From Parvularia atlantis (taxonomy: Eukaryota), in the NCBI GenBank assembly GCA_943704415.1, contig CALSCO010000911.1, positions 1-36,188 on the forward strand: a stretch of 36,188 bases of DNA. The letters are read 5' to 3'. Every line of letters starts with the position of its first letter. Within the stretch, counting starts at the first letter, position 1. Under the pieces are notes generated by a model that was not told where the DNA came from, searched no databases, and saw nothing but the letters and a program-made list of their open reading frames with translations. Below, one piece after another: positions 11,171-23,124 of the stretch. The translations under genes were made by a program, and so were the position numbers.

Positions 11171-13010
11171 TTACAACACTAGCCGCGTCTGCTTGAGCTT
11201 GCGGGGCGCGGGCGCGGGCGCGGGTGTAGCCGCGGCGCGTTTTCCGCGCTTTGGACCTTCCGCTGCGGCCGCCAGGCGCGGCAGGACGAGGTTCTTGAGG
11301 ATGTTGAGCATGCCCGTTGGCACGGCCTCGCCCACGAGGCGCTCATAGGTGAGCCAGCGCAGCCGGCGCCCGTCCGTCGTCGTGCCCGGCGCCGCGTCGG
11401 TCCCCGGCACCTCGGCGAGCTCGACGTGGTACGCGTGCCGCAGATGCGTGAACACGTGCGACGCCTCGCCTACAAACTCGCGCCGCGACACCGCGGCCGG
11501 GTCGACGCCCGCAGCGCGCAGCGCCTCGTCCACCAGCCGCCCGCGCCCAGCCGCATCCAGCGCGTCGCCGTCGGCCGAGCGGCACGGCAGCTCCCACATG
11601 CTCGCCAGCAGGCCTGCGGCGACAAGCGCATGAGACCAAGGGTGTGCATGAGCAGGCGCTCACCAGTCGCGGGCCGCCGCACGAGGCAAAACTCGGGCGG
11701 GTCGACCTCGGCCGCACGCCTAAAGAGCGCGCACACGGCGACGGCCTCAACGCGCACGGCCTTCTTCTTCTCCTTGCGCGGGTAGATGGTCACGTACGAC
11801 GCCTTGAGCTCGCGCAGCTCGTCAGCGGTTGGCCCGGGCGGGCACAGCGTGCACAGCTCGATGTCAGCGAGCTGCGATCCGCTCTGAGAGTGCGCACTGG
11901 GTACGGCCGCGTCGTCGCTGCGTGCTGCCGTTGCCGCGGCGCCCAGCGAGGCCGCGAAACGCACGGCCGCCTCGCGCTTGTGCGCCTGCTGCTCCTCGAG
12001 CGCGAGGCAGTCGTCGTGCAGCGGGCACGCGGCGCAGGCTGGCGTCGCGGGCGTGCACACGGTCGCGCCGAGGTCCATCAGCGCCTGGTTGAAGTCGCCG
12101 GGTCGCGCCGGGTCGAGCAGCGCGCGCGCGAGGCGCCAGTGCAGTGCCACGGCCGCCGGTGACTTGACGTCGGCGCCGATCGCGCGCAGCCGCGAGAGCA
12201 CGCGCACGACGTTGCCGTCGACGAGCGGCGCGGGCTCGTTAAAGACGATCGACGAGATTGCCCCTGCGCGCCGTCAGCAGTGGCCGGGACGACGCACGAA
12301 CCAGTACACACCGGCCGTGTACGGCCCGATGCCCGGGATGGCCTTCTCGAGCGTCACCGCGTCGGCCGGCAGCTCGCCGCCGTGCTTGTCGACGACCTGC
12401 CGCACCCCTCCCGCGGTGAGCAGCAGGAGCAGCATGCAGCATGCTTGCGCACCAGCGCTGCGCCCTCCTGCAGCCGCCGCGCACGCGAGTAGTAGCCGAG
12501 GCCGGCCCACGCCTGCTGCACGGCATCCGGGTCTGCCTTGGCGAGGTCCTGCACGGTTGGCCAGCGCTGCGCACGCGCCTCGTGAGCCGCAGCGCATGCG
12601 AGCGGCAGTAACATCGCGCGCGCACGGCCATCCACTTGTTGTAGTAGGCGACGACCGTCGGCACCTGCGTCTGCGTGCGGCCGCGCTCGTCAGCCCGAGA
12701 CACCGATGCGACGCGGATGCCACGCGCCTGCTGCAGCATGATCTCCGACACCCACACCTCGTACGCGCGCTGCGCCAGCCACGCGCGCCGCGCCGCCTCG
12801 TCCCACCTCTCGAACGCCTGATCGCTCTGTCAGTCTCGAGCGCGGCCCAGCACGGCCGCATCGCACCGCCGGGCGCGGCTTGCGCCACGGCATCTCGCGA
12901 CGCACGCGCTCGCCGCCATCGTACCACGCCAGCAGCCGCGCGCGCACACGCGACACGGCCGCGGCGTCGAAGCCGTGCCGCGCGGTCACGTGCGCGCCAT
13001 TCGCCGGCAT
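11171..13010 (-). CDS. MUTYH: A/G-specific adenine DNA glycosylase MutY homolog
   Basis: [42 protein letters not shown], Hh[37 protein letters not shown], FeS motif C-x6-C-x2-C-x5-C, NUDIX-like [10 protein letters not shown] and HVFTHL. Confidence 0.96.
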
Positions 13011-13068
13011 GCTTGGCCGCCTATCGGACGGGCGTGCGAGGCGATGTGCCGTGACAGCTAATTACGCG

Positions 13069-14700
13069 ATGGTGTCGGTCACGCGGCTGGTTGTCGCCTT
13101 CGCGGTCGCGGCTGGCGTGCTCGCGGCGTGCGTCGCGGGCGCGCCCGCGCTCGACACGGAGCGTGCGGACGCGATCAAGGAGGGCATGCGGCTGATCCTG
13201 CTGACGCCGGAGGAGCCGCCGACGTGGATGAGCGAGGTGCGCAGCTGGTTGCTGCTGGCTGGTGCCGTTCGCTCACGACGCCGGGGACGCGCAGCACCTC
13301 GTCCTCGGCCTGATGAAGAAGGGCGTCAACTTCATGGACATCACCGACCACCCCGACGAGGACAAGATCCCCGCGCCCAAGGCCAACGTCGCCTTCCCGG
13401 CCGCGCCATCGCACCAGACCGAGGTCAAGGCGCTCGTCGCGCAGGTGCGCCGCGTCCAACTTGAGTGCGCCTCGCTGCTGACCCGGCGACGCGGCGCAGA
13501 TCGACATCACGCAGGTGCAGAGCAACCTCGAGACGTACTCGTCGTTCTATACGCGCTACTACCGCGTGCGCTGCCCGCTCGCCTGCTGCGGCCCGTTGGC
13601 CGACCGCGCCGCGCCCCGCCGCAGAGCGAGACCGGCGCGCAGGCCGCCGACTGGCTCTACGGCAAGGTGCAGGAGTACGCCGCGGGCAATCGCAACATCT
13701 CCGTGACCCAGTTTGCCCACTCCAACTACAAGTGCGCGCTCCTATCAGACGGACGCACTTTTTTCCTGACGGCGACATCGCAGCCAGAAGAGCCTGATCG
13801 CGCGCATCCCCGGCCGCGACCCGTCGCAGCCGGCCGTTATCATCGGCGCGCACCTCGACTCGATCAACGGCAACAACGTCAACAACCGCTCGCCCGGCGC
13901 GGACGACGACGGCTCAGGCACCGGTGCGGCCGCAGCGCCCGCTTTCGCAGCCGTTCGCCGACACGACGCCCCGCGCACGCGCAGTGACGATCCTCGAGGC
14001 GTTTCGTGTGCTCGTCGACGCCGGCTTCGAGCCCGAGTTCCCCGTCGAGTTCCAGTGGGTGCGCCCGCAGCCTCAGCCGCAACGTGCTTGCACACACGCT
14101 GACGCGCGAGTGCAGTACGCCGCAGAGGAGGCCGGTCTGCTGGGCAGCCAGGACATCGCGTCGACGTACAAGCGCGAGGGCCGCACGGTGTACTCGATGT
14201 TCCAGCTGGACATGACCGGTGCGCCCGGCCGCGCTGTCGCGCCAGCGTCAATGCTCCCGCGCGACGCTGCAGGCTACACGACGCTGCCGCAGGCGCCCGT
14301 CCGCGTCATCAATGACTACGTCGACGCCGAGCTGACCGCGTTCAACAACCAGCTGATCGACACCTACACGACACTGCCGCGCCGCTCGTCGACCTGCGGC
14401 TACGCCTGCAGCGGTGCGCGAGGCTGGCCGTCCGCGCGCCCTCCTGACCGCGTCGCCGTGCAGACCACGCCTCGTATTACCGCTCGGGCTACCCGAGCTC
14501 GACGACCTTTGAGGCCGTGCTCTGCCCTGCGATCCACACGGCCAACGGTGCGGCCTCGCCGAAGCGACGCTGGTGCTGACGACTCACACATGCACGCACG
14601 CGCAGACGACATCAACCTGATCGTCTGGTCGCAGGTCGAGAGCTTCGTGCAGCTGGCGATCGCGTACGTGGTCGAGCTGAGCTACGGCCCGTCGCTCTGA
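13069..14700 (+). CDS. Secreted M28-family leucine aminopeptidase (fungal LAP1-like)
   Basis: Signal peptide MVSVTRLVVAFAVAAGVLAACVAG. Motifs FMDITD, IIGAHLDSIN, PGADDDGSG, EFQWYAAEEAGLLGS, FQLDMTGY, CGYACSDHASY, IHTAND. Confidence 0.93.
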
Positions 14701-14861
14701 GCCGCCCCGCGTCGCTCCAAAACCCGAAAACCCAACGTGTCGCGCTCGCGCGTGCGTGTGTGCGTCGCTTGCGCCAAAGCAGCCCTGAAAGCACATGAGC
14801 GGGGGAAGCGAAGAGGAAGGACAGCGTGAAGTGAGGGGTTGCCGGCAGCCGACGGCGCGGC

Positions 14862-15773
14862 TCACTGCTTGAGTGTTGCCGAGCCGTCAAACTCGTCTGC
14901 GCACACGAAGCGATGAGCAAGCGTCACGCAGAGCAGCGGCGGCGGTGGCGGTGGCGCGCACCTGGCAGGAACTCGTCCTTCTTCGACGGCACGCCCGGCT
15001 TGATCGGCGGCAGCTTGGTCGGCGGTAGTTGCGTCGACTGCTCGGGGATCTGCGGCGCCACAGGCCTGTACTGGTCCGCGGTGAAGCGGTTGATCGCTGC
15101 GCGCGTGTCAGCAGCGGCAACAGTGGTGGCAAGCGACGCCGCGCACCGATCGCCAGGCCCTCAATCAACGCGAGCAGTGTCCCGCCGATCATCGCGCTCT
15201 GGAACGACGCCTTCATCCCGGCTGCGAGGCGAGGGGGGGCGCGTTGAGCACGGCCAGCACGCGCCCAGTCAGCACCGCACCGCGCGCCGCGAGGACGCCG
15301 CCGGTCATGAAGCCCGAGCCGATCGCGTTCCACGGGTCCTCCTTCTGCCGCATGTACGCGAATGTGCAGTCGAACGTGGAGAAGACGCCGCCCCAGACCG
15401 CGAAGCTCCCTGGAGGGCGCGCGGCGTCAGCGGCCGTCGCTGACGGACGTTGGCGGCGCGCACCGCCGGTGATGGGCGCGCGGCCCTTGACAGCGCTCAT
15501 CGCGCCCAGGAAGCGCTCGCCCTGGCGCCGCCGTCGTGAGCGGCGACGTGGCCGGCGAGACACGGGCGGCGCGCACCTTGGGCGAGTTCTTCGCGCCCTT
15601 GTAGGCGTGCACGATGCTGCCGCCGATGGCCCCCATGGCGAACGCGCCGCCAAAGTCCTCGAGGATGCGCCACGGGCTGGTGTGTCGCGCGGCAGCGTCA
15701 GCGTCGGCGTCATGCGCTTCGTCCGCGGCGGGCGCGCGCACCAGGGCTCGCGGCCGAGGTCCGGGCGGTCCAT
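14862..15773 (-). CDS. TIM17: Mitochondrial inner membrane translocase subunit Tim17
   Basis: [69 protein letters not shown]. The last exon ends [11 protein letters not shown] (TGA 14864-14862). Confidence 0.95.
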
Positions 15774-16044
15774 GACTCTGGGGGATGGGTGCGAACGGAC
15801 TGCGCGGGCGCGCGGTGCTGGTGCGGTGTGAGCGCAGGCGCGCGCGGGTCACGTGCGGTGCAGCGCGCGGTGCAGCTGGTGCGCGGCAGGTGCGCGACAG
15901 CGAGAGCACACGGTGCGCGCGCGCGCGCGCGGAAGAGAGAGAAAGAGACGGCGCACGCGCAGGCGAGAGCGAGCGAGAGCGCCAACGTGGGCGCGTCCAT
16001 GGTGCCGTGCACTGCAATACAGAATGTGTACAGCCGGTTGCGGG

Positions 16045-17562
16045 TCAACTCACAATGTCGTTGAACGCACCCGAGGGCGCAGCGCGCGCGCACACGCCGC
16101 CGTCCAGCAGGTTGGCCAGGGCGCGCCGCGCGACGGCGCGCAGCGTAAAGTCCGGCAGTAGGTGTGGCGCCGGCACGGGCGCGTCCAGCACGCGCTCGAC
16201 CACGTCGCGCACCGACGCTGGCTCGTCGATGTTGATCGTGTGCACGTGCGGCTCGCCCACGCTTTCGAGGTAGTGGTGCTGCGTGCGGACGTTGTCGTCC
16301 CAGTTGTTGGTGTTGGGGATCGGCCCGGGCGGCCGCCGCAGCGGGTTGAGGAACACGAGCCCGTTGGCGACGGCCTCGAGCGGCGTCGGCCCCAGGATCG
16401 GGTCGCCCAGCCCGACCAGGAACCGGCACCGGCGCAGCAACGCGAGAAAGTCGTCGCGCCGCAGCGCGCCCATGTTGCGCACGTGCGCCGGCAGGACCAG
16501 GCCCGAGTCGCGCAGCTTGTTGGGGTTGATCGTCGTGTACAGCCGTGTCGCGTTGAGCGCCTCGAGCATCGCGAGCACGCCCGGCCGCTGGAAGTAGCTC
16601 GGCTCCTTGCCCCAGATCAGCCCCGCGCGCTCCTTGACCGGGCTGCGCTCGGCGTCGGTCAGCGGCCGGTTCTTGACGATCAGCCCGACAAAGTCGTTGC
16701 CGGTCGTATACGGGTACGGCGTGATGATCTGCCGCGGCAGGAACGGCTTGGGCACGGCGCCGACCGACGCGCCAAAGAACTCAAGCAGGCGCACGCGGCA
16801 CGGGTGGCGCTCGGTGATGCCGAGCTCCTGCAGCGCCTGCGGTGTTCCGATCCACACGCGCTCGGTCACGTAGTAGTCGACCCAGTCCAGGTTCTTGTCG
16901 CGCACGGGCTCCATCACGTCCACGAGCACAACGCGGTGCCCGGCACAGAGCAGCGCATTCACGTACGACGCAAACAGCACGACCTCACCCATCGGCCCGC
17001 CCATTGTCTCGGCGCGCTCGCGGATGCGCGTGAGGCCGATGCCGAGCACGAGCACTGTCAGCTGGCGCCACGGCCCGGCGTCGACCGGCCAGCTCAGCTG
17101 CGGCCGCGCGAGCAGCTCAAGGCACGCCGGCTGCGCAAACTCGCCGGCCTTCATCAGCGGCTCGACGTCGACGGGCGCGCCGCGCGTGAGGTCGAGCACG
17201 TCGAGGCCGTCGTACGACTCGCGCACGGTTACGTTGGGCCGCTGCGCGCCGTCGCCCGTCAGCCGACAGTGCGTGCCGTCGACGCGTCACGCAGCGCGCA
17301 CCCGCTGCGGCCACCGCCGCGCGAGCTCGTCCTCGATCGACTCGACGGGCGCGAGCGGCGCGGCGGCGCGCTGCACGCGGGGCGGTCGATCAGCACGTGC
17401 CACGCGCGCGGGCAAGGCGCCGGAAGAGCGCACCGCGGCCGGCCAGCCCGTGCGCGCGGCCAGGCTGCGCAGGTCGTCGCCGTCCTGCAGCGCCACGAGC
17501 AGCACGAGCACCAGCGCGACGGCGACGAGTGCGGTCGCCCGTTTCGGTCTTAGCGCGGGCAT
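16045..17562 (-). CDS. Glycosyltransferase family 18 (GnT-V/MGAT5-like), type II membrane protein
   Basis: N-terminal TM (ALVAVALVLVLLVAL); one 60-nt intron 17301-17242. Motifs GGPMGEVV, CRVRLLEFFG, NDFVG, LIWGKE, FLVGLGDPILGPTPLEAVANGLVFLNP, TQHHYLESVGEPHV. Confidence 0.85.
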
Positions 17563-17594
17563 GACTGTTTTCACGAAGCAGCTAGCCGACAGAC

Positions 17595-18219
17595 ATGGTG
17601 GGCCCTCGCAGATGCGCCGCTTCGCCGCTTCGCCGCTCACTCGCTCGCCGCGCGCGCCGCAGTCGAAGATCATGCGCGCGCTGTGGCACAACGGGCCGAT
17701 GCGCACGTGGAAGCAGGTGCGCCGCGCGCCGGCGGCATGGCGAGGGGGCGCGCTGACCCGCGCGCGACACGGCAGCTGCACTACATGGCCGACACGAAGA
17801 TCGGCACGCTCGTCGGCGTCGACAAGTTTGGGTGCGCGGCCAGAGCGATTGCGCGGCCGGGCACTGAGCACGTGCACGCGCAGCAACAAGTACTACGAGA
17901 ACCTCAAGGAGGACTTTGGCCGCGAGCGCTGGATCGAGTTTGGTAACGAGAAGGGCGCCGACGCGAGCCAGGTGCCGCCCGAGTGGTGCGTGCGCGCGCA
18001 CACACCGGCGTGGTGGCGCGGGCTGACGCGGGCGGCCGCAGGCACATGTGGCTGCACGCGATAAACGACGCCAACCCGACCAACACCAAGCTCGTCCGCC
18101 GGCACTGGGAGGCCGAGTACACCGACAACCTCACGGCGACTGACAAGGCCTACGTGCCCTACAACACCACCGTGAGCAAGGTCGAGCCGTGGACGCCAAA
18201 GGTCGCGCAGCGCGGCTGA
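17595..18219 (+). CDS. NDUFA12: NADH dehydrogenase (complex I) accessory subunit B17.2/N7BM
   Basis: M|SKIMRALW...DTKIGTLVGVDKFG|NKYYEN...GRERW...DASQVPPEW|HMWLH...YVPYNTT..K...WTP. An intron (17598-17662) follows the ATG directly. Confidence 0.94.
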
Positions 18220-18273
18220 GACGTGGGTGTGGGTGTGTCTTTATGTGTGCACGCAGGTCGTACGTACAGGCCG

Positions 18274-19523
18274 TCAGGCTGTCCCGCCCTGCTGCCGCCG
18301 CCGCTGCAGTGCGGCCTCGTACGGCGCGCTGATCGGCGCCTGCGTTGGCTCGCGCTGCTCGTACGGCGCCCGCCCCTCGAGCTGCGCGCGCGCACCTGTC
18401 AGCCCTCCGCGTAGGATAGCGCGCGCGCACCTCGAGCGGGTACGTCTTGTCCGAGTCAAAGCCGCTCAGGTCGCCGCACGCGAGGAATGGCACAATCGTT
18501 CTGCTCGGCCCGACCAGCTGCCCCGTCTGGGCACTGCACGACGGATCCAGCAGTCGCCGCGTCATGTCGGGCGTGAAGCCGGGCGGCGGCGCGTAGCCCT
18601 GGCAGACGACAAAGGCCTCTGTGCGCACGGTTGGGCTTTTGTGCCCTGAGCGCGCCGTGTCCTGCGCGCACCGACGCTCGAGTTGCGGCTCGACCGCGGC
18701 TTGCAGCACGTCACGCTCGGGAAAAACGTCTTGAGCTGCGCGTACAGCAGCTGCACGTCGCGCCCGCGGAAGATCTTGGCGACGAAGGTCCCGCCGGGCG
18801 CGAGCACGTGTGTTGCGATGTTGAGCGCCTGCGCCGCGTGTCAGCCTGTGCGCGTCCGCGCATGGAGTGGCGCTCACGGCAAGCAGCAGCTGCGACTGAA
18901 TGTACTCGTCGAGGTCGTGCAGGCCCGTGACTGTGACCGCGGCGGCGGCTCAGCAGCGAGCGAGCGATCGAGATGCGTGCGCGCGGACCGTCGGGCGCGC
19001 CGTCGCAGACGACGATGTCGGCGCGCTCGCCGTCAAAGTGCCCGATGATCTGCTCGGCCGTGGCCAGCTTGGTGATGTCGCCCTGCAGCTGGATCACGCC
19101 CGGCAGCGGCGCCATCGCCTGCAGGTCGACCGCGACAATCTTGGCCGACGCGGGCGCGTCAGGCGTGCTGGCGCGCGGGCGGCCGGGGCTCAGGCAAGAT
19201 CGCGGCGCATCGCATTGCACGGCCGCGCACTTGAGCGTCCGGCTCAGCACCTGGCTCCAGCTCCCCGGCGCCGCGCACAGGTCCACGGCGCGGCGCACAC
19301 CTGCGATCGCTCGCCGTCTCAGCGCGCGTGATCGGCCCGCGGCATCGGCGCAGACCGCGCAGCAGCTGGAACTCCTCGTTGAGCTGCAGCAGCTTGTACG
19401 CGCTGCGCGCGCGCCAGCCCTCCTCCTTGGCGAGGCGGTAGTACACTGCGCCCACGGTCAGCGCCGAAGCGGATGCGACACGCTGCGTGTACCGTCGCGC
19501 TTGTCCTTTGACGTCTTCGTCAT
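18274..19523 (-). CDS. TRM7: tRNA (C32/N34)-2'-O-methyltransferase Trm7/FTSJ1
   Basis: [109 protein letters not shown]. Confidence 0.96.
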
Positions 19524-19532
19524 CGCGTACAT

Positions 19533-20694
19533 ATGGCGGACCAGACCTTCCTTGCGGCGGGCCTAGTCGTCGTCGCGCTGCTGTTGGGCGCGGCGTACCT
19601 GTACCTGACGATGCGCATCGCGGCCAAACCGGCCGCGCCTGCGCCCGCTGCGCCTGTGGACGCAGCGGCCGCCGAGCCCGAGGACGGTGCGCGCATCACC
19701 GCCCGAGTGTCGCGAATGCTGATCGCGGCGGGCAGCACCGCGCGCGCGCACGGACCGTACGGGCCTCGGGCGGCTCAACCGGCGTGGCAACGCGGCGCGT
19801 GCGCCGATGCCCGCTGAGCCCGCGCCGCCGCCGCTGCCCGTGCCCGCCGGGCGCGACGACGACGACGGCATCGATGACGATGACGGCGCGCCGCACCGCC
19901 TCGGCGCCAAGAAGACCGAGAAGATGCGCGCCAAGGAGGAGGCGCGGCGGCAGCGCGAGGTGCGTGCATGCGCGAGCTCTGCGTGCCGCGCTAACGACCG
20001 ATCGCACGCGCAGCTGATGCAGGCGCAGCGCGAGGACAACAAGCGGCGCGAGGCGCTGCGCGATGAGGAGCGCAAGCGGCGCAAGGACGAAGAGCAGCGC
20101 GCGGAGAAGCTCGCGGCTGAGGAGGAGGCCAAGCGCCTGGCCGAGATCGCGCGGCAGGAGGAGGACGAGTACCAGCGGCTGCGCGCCGACATCGTGGTCG
20201 AGCAGGCCGGCGTGGAGCAGAAGAGCGCGAGCGAGGTCGAGGACCTGCTCGAGCGCATCGCCGAGTACGTGCGCGCGTACAAGGTCGTCACGCTCGAGGA
20301 GCTCGCGAGCGAGTTTCGCATCCGGACACAGGTGCGGCGGCCGTGCACGCCTCGTTGCGCTCAGCAGCCCTCGCACGCAGGACGCCGTGCGCTGGCTCAA
20401 GGAGCTCGACGGGTCCGGGCGCATCACGGGCGTGCTGGACGACCGCGGCAAGTACATCTTCATCTCGCGCGAGGAGATGGAGCAGGTCGCGGCGTTTGTG
20501 CAGCGGCGCGGCCGCGTGAGCCGGAGGTGCGGCCTGCTCACGCTGCATGCACGTGCGAGCTGATCGCCCTGCCCCGCAGCGAGCTCGCGGCCATGTCCAA
20601 CACGCTGATCGACCTCAAGGGCCACCGCCGGCGTGTGCACGCCGAGGGCGTGTTTGACAACCTGCCCGAGGAGGCGCCCGTCGCGAGCGGCTGA
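19533..20694 (+). CDS. DDRGK1: DDRGK domain-containing protein 1 (UFBP1, UFM1 pathway)
   Basis: N-terminal signal anchor, LGAKK, charged coiled coil, [44 protein letters not shown]. Confidence 0.95.
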
Positions 20695-20876
20695 GGTGTA
20701 GGTGTGTATAGTATCATAGTCGGTCCATCCTCCGGCGGCCCGGCCCTCCCCGTGACCCGGCGTTCGGCGCTTGCTGCGCCCGACGTCCTGCGCTGCCACA
20801 CGAAGCGGTCAAAGGGCAGGCTGCTGATGGTACACGCGCGCGCACACTGAACAGTATGTCTCTTTTTTTGGGTGCC

Positions 20877-22163
<1,287 letters not shown>

Positions 22164-22222
22164 CGAGCGAACGAACGAACGGCAACGAGAAGTTCCGCTG
22201 ATCTGCGACACGGACGGCAGTG

Positions 22223-22988
22223 ATGGCGGCGATGCTGAAGTGCGCGCCCTGCGCGCCAACCGATCCGCGCCACTGACCCGCGCGCCCCGCACCCGCGCGC
22301 CCCGCGCCCCGCGCAGGCTCGTGCACGCAGCGCTGCGAAGGGCGATCGCCGCGCCCGCACTCGCGCCGGCGCGCTGCAACAGCACGTTCGTGCCGTCGCG
22401 CACCAAGTTCCGCAAGCAGTTCAAGGGCCGCGTGCGTGGATACGCCCACAGCGGTGAGGCAGCGGGGCGCAGCGCGGGGCGCGCCTGACGCGGCGGGCAG
22501 GCAACACGATCGCCTTCGGCAGCTACGGGCTGCAGGCGCTCGACCCGGTGCGGATCACGTCCAACCAGCTGGAGGCGGCGCGGCGGGCGATCACGCGCAA
22601 GGTCAAGAAGGCCGGGCAGCTGTGGGTGCGCGTGTTCCCGGACGTGCCCGTGACCAAGAAGCCGGCCGAGGTGCGCATGGGCAAGGGCAAGGGCTCGGTC
22701 GACCACTACGTCTGCCGGGTCAAGGCCAATAAGGTCCTGTTTGAGATGGACGGCGTGCCCAAGGAGCTGGCGCAGGACGCGCTGCGCCTGGCGGCGGACA
22801 AGCTGCCCGTGCGCACGCGCTTCCTCGACAAGACGGACGCGCTGTACCCGCAGGTGGTGGCGGCGATGCGCACGGCCTACGCGACGTCGGCGTCGCAGGA
22901 GGCGGTGGCGCGCGGGCGGGCGGTGGCGGCGGCGCGGGTATCGGGCTGGGCGGCGGGCGCGGGGCCAGCGACGGCGGCGGCTGTGTGA
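22223..22988 (+). CDS. MRPL16: Nuclear-encoded mitochondrial ribosomal protein uL16 with a presequence
   Basis: Arg/Ala-rich leader, then [13 protein letters not shown]...FGSYGLQAL...[11 protein letters not shown]...[24 protein letters not shown]...LFEMDGV...KLPVRTRF. Two GT-AG introns. Confidence 0.94.
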
Positions 22989-23057
22989 TCGCTGCCCAGT
23001 GTGATCGCGATTTGCTTGCTGCCTTTTGGTGCCGAAAGCGGACGTGTGTCGCGCGCG

Positions 23058-23067
23058 CTGATTGGTT
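23058..23067 (-). promoter_or_regulatory. Candidate CCAAT box (AACCAATCAG) upstream of the PSD-fusion gene
   Basis: Matches the NF-Y/HAP consensus RRCCAATCAG, about 60 bp upstream of the ATG at 23125. Sequence match only. Confidence 0.3.
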
Positions 23068-23124
23068 GGCGTGGCCCTGTTCTCGATGGCGGCTTCACCT
23101 GCACAACGGCGTGTGCGGCGCACC

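Noticed and set aside
22223..22988. Bacterial contamination or NUMT as the source of the rpl16-like sequence
   Set aside because: It has spliceosomal introns, a presequence, host codon usage and no neighbouring ribosomal-operon genes.
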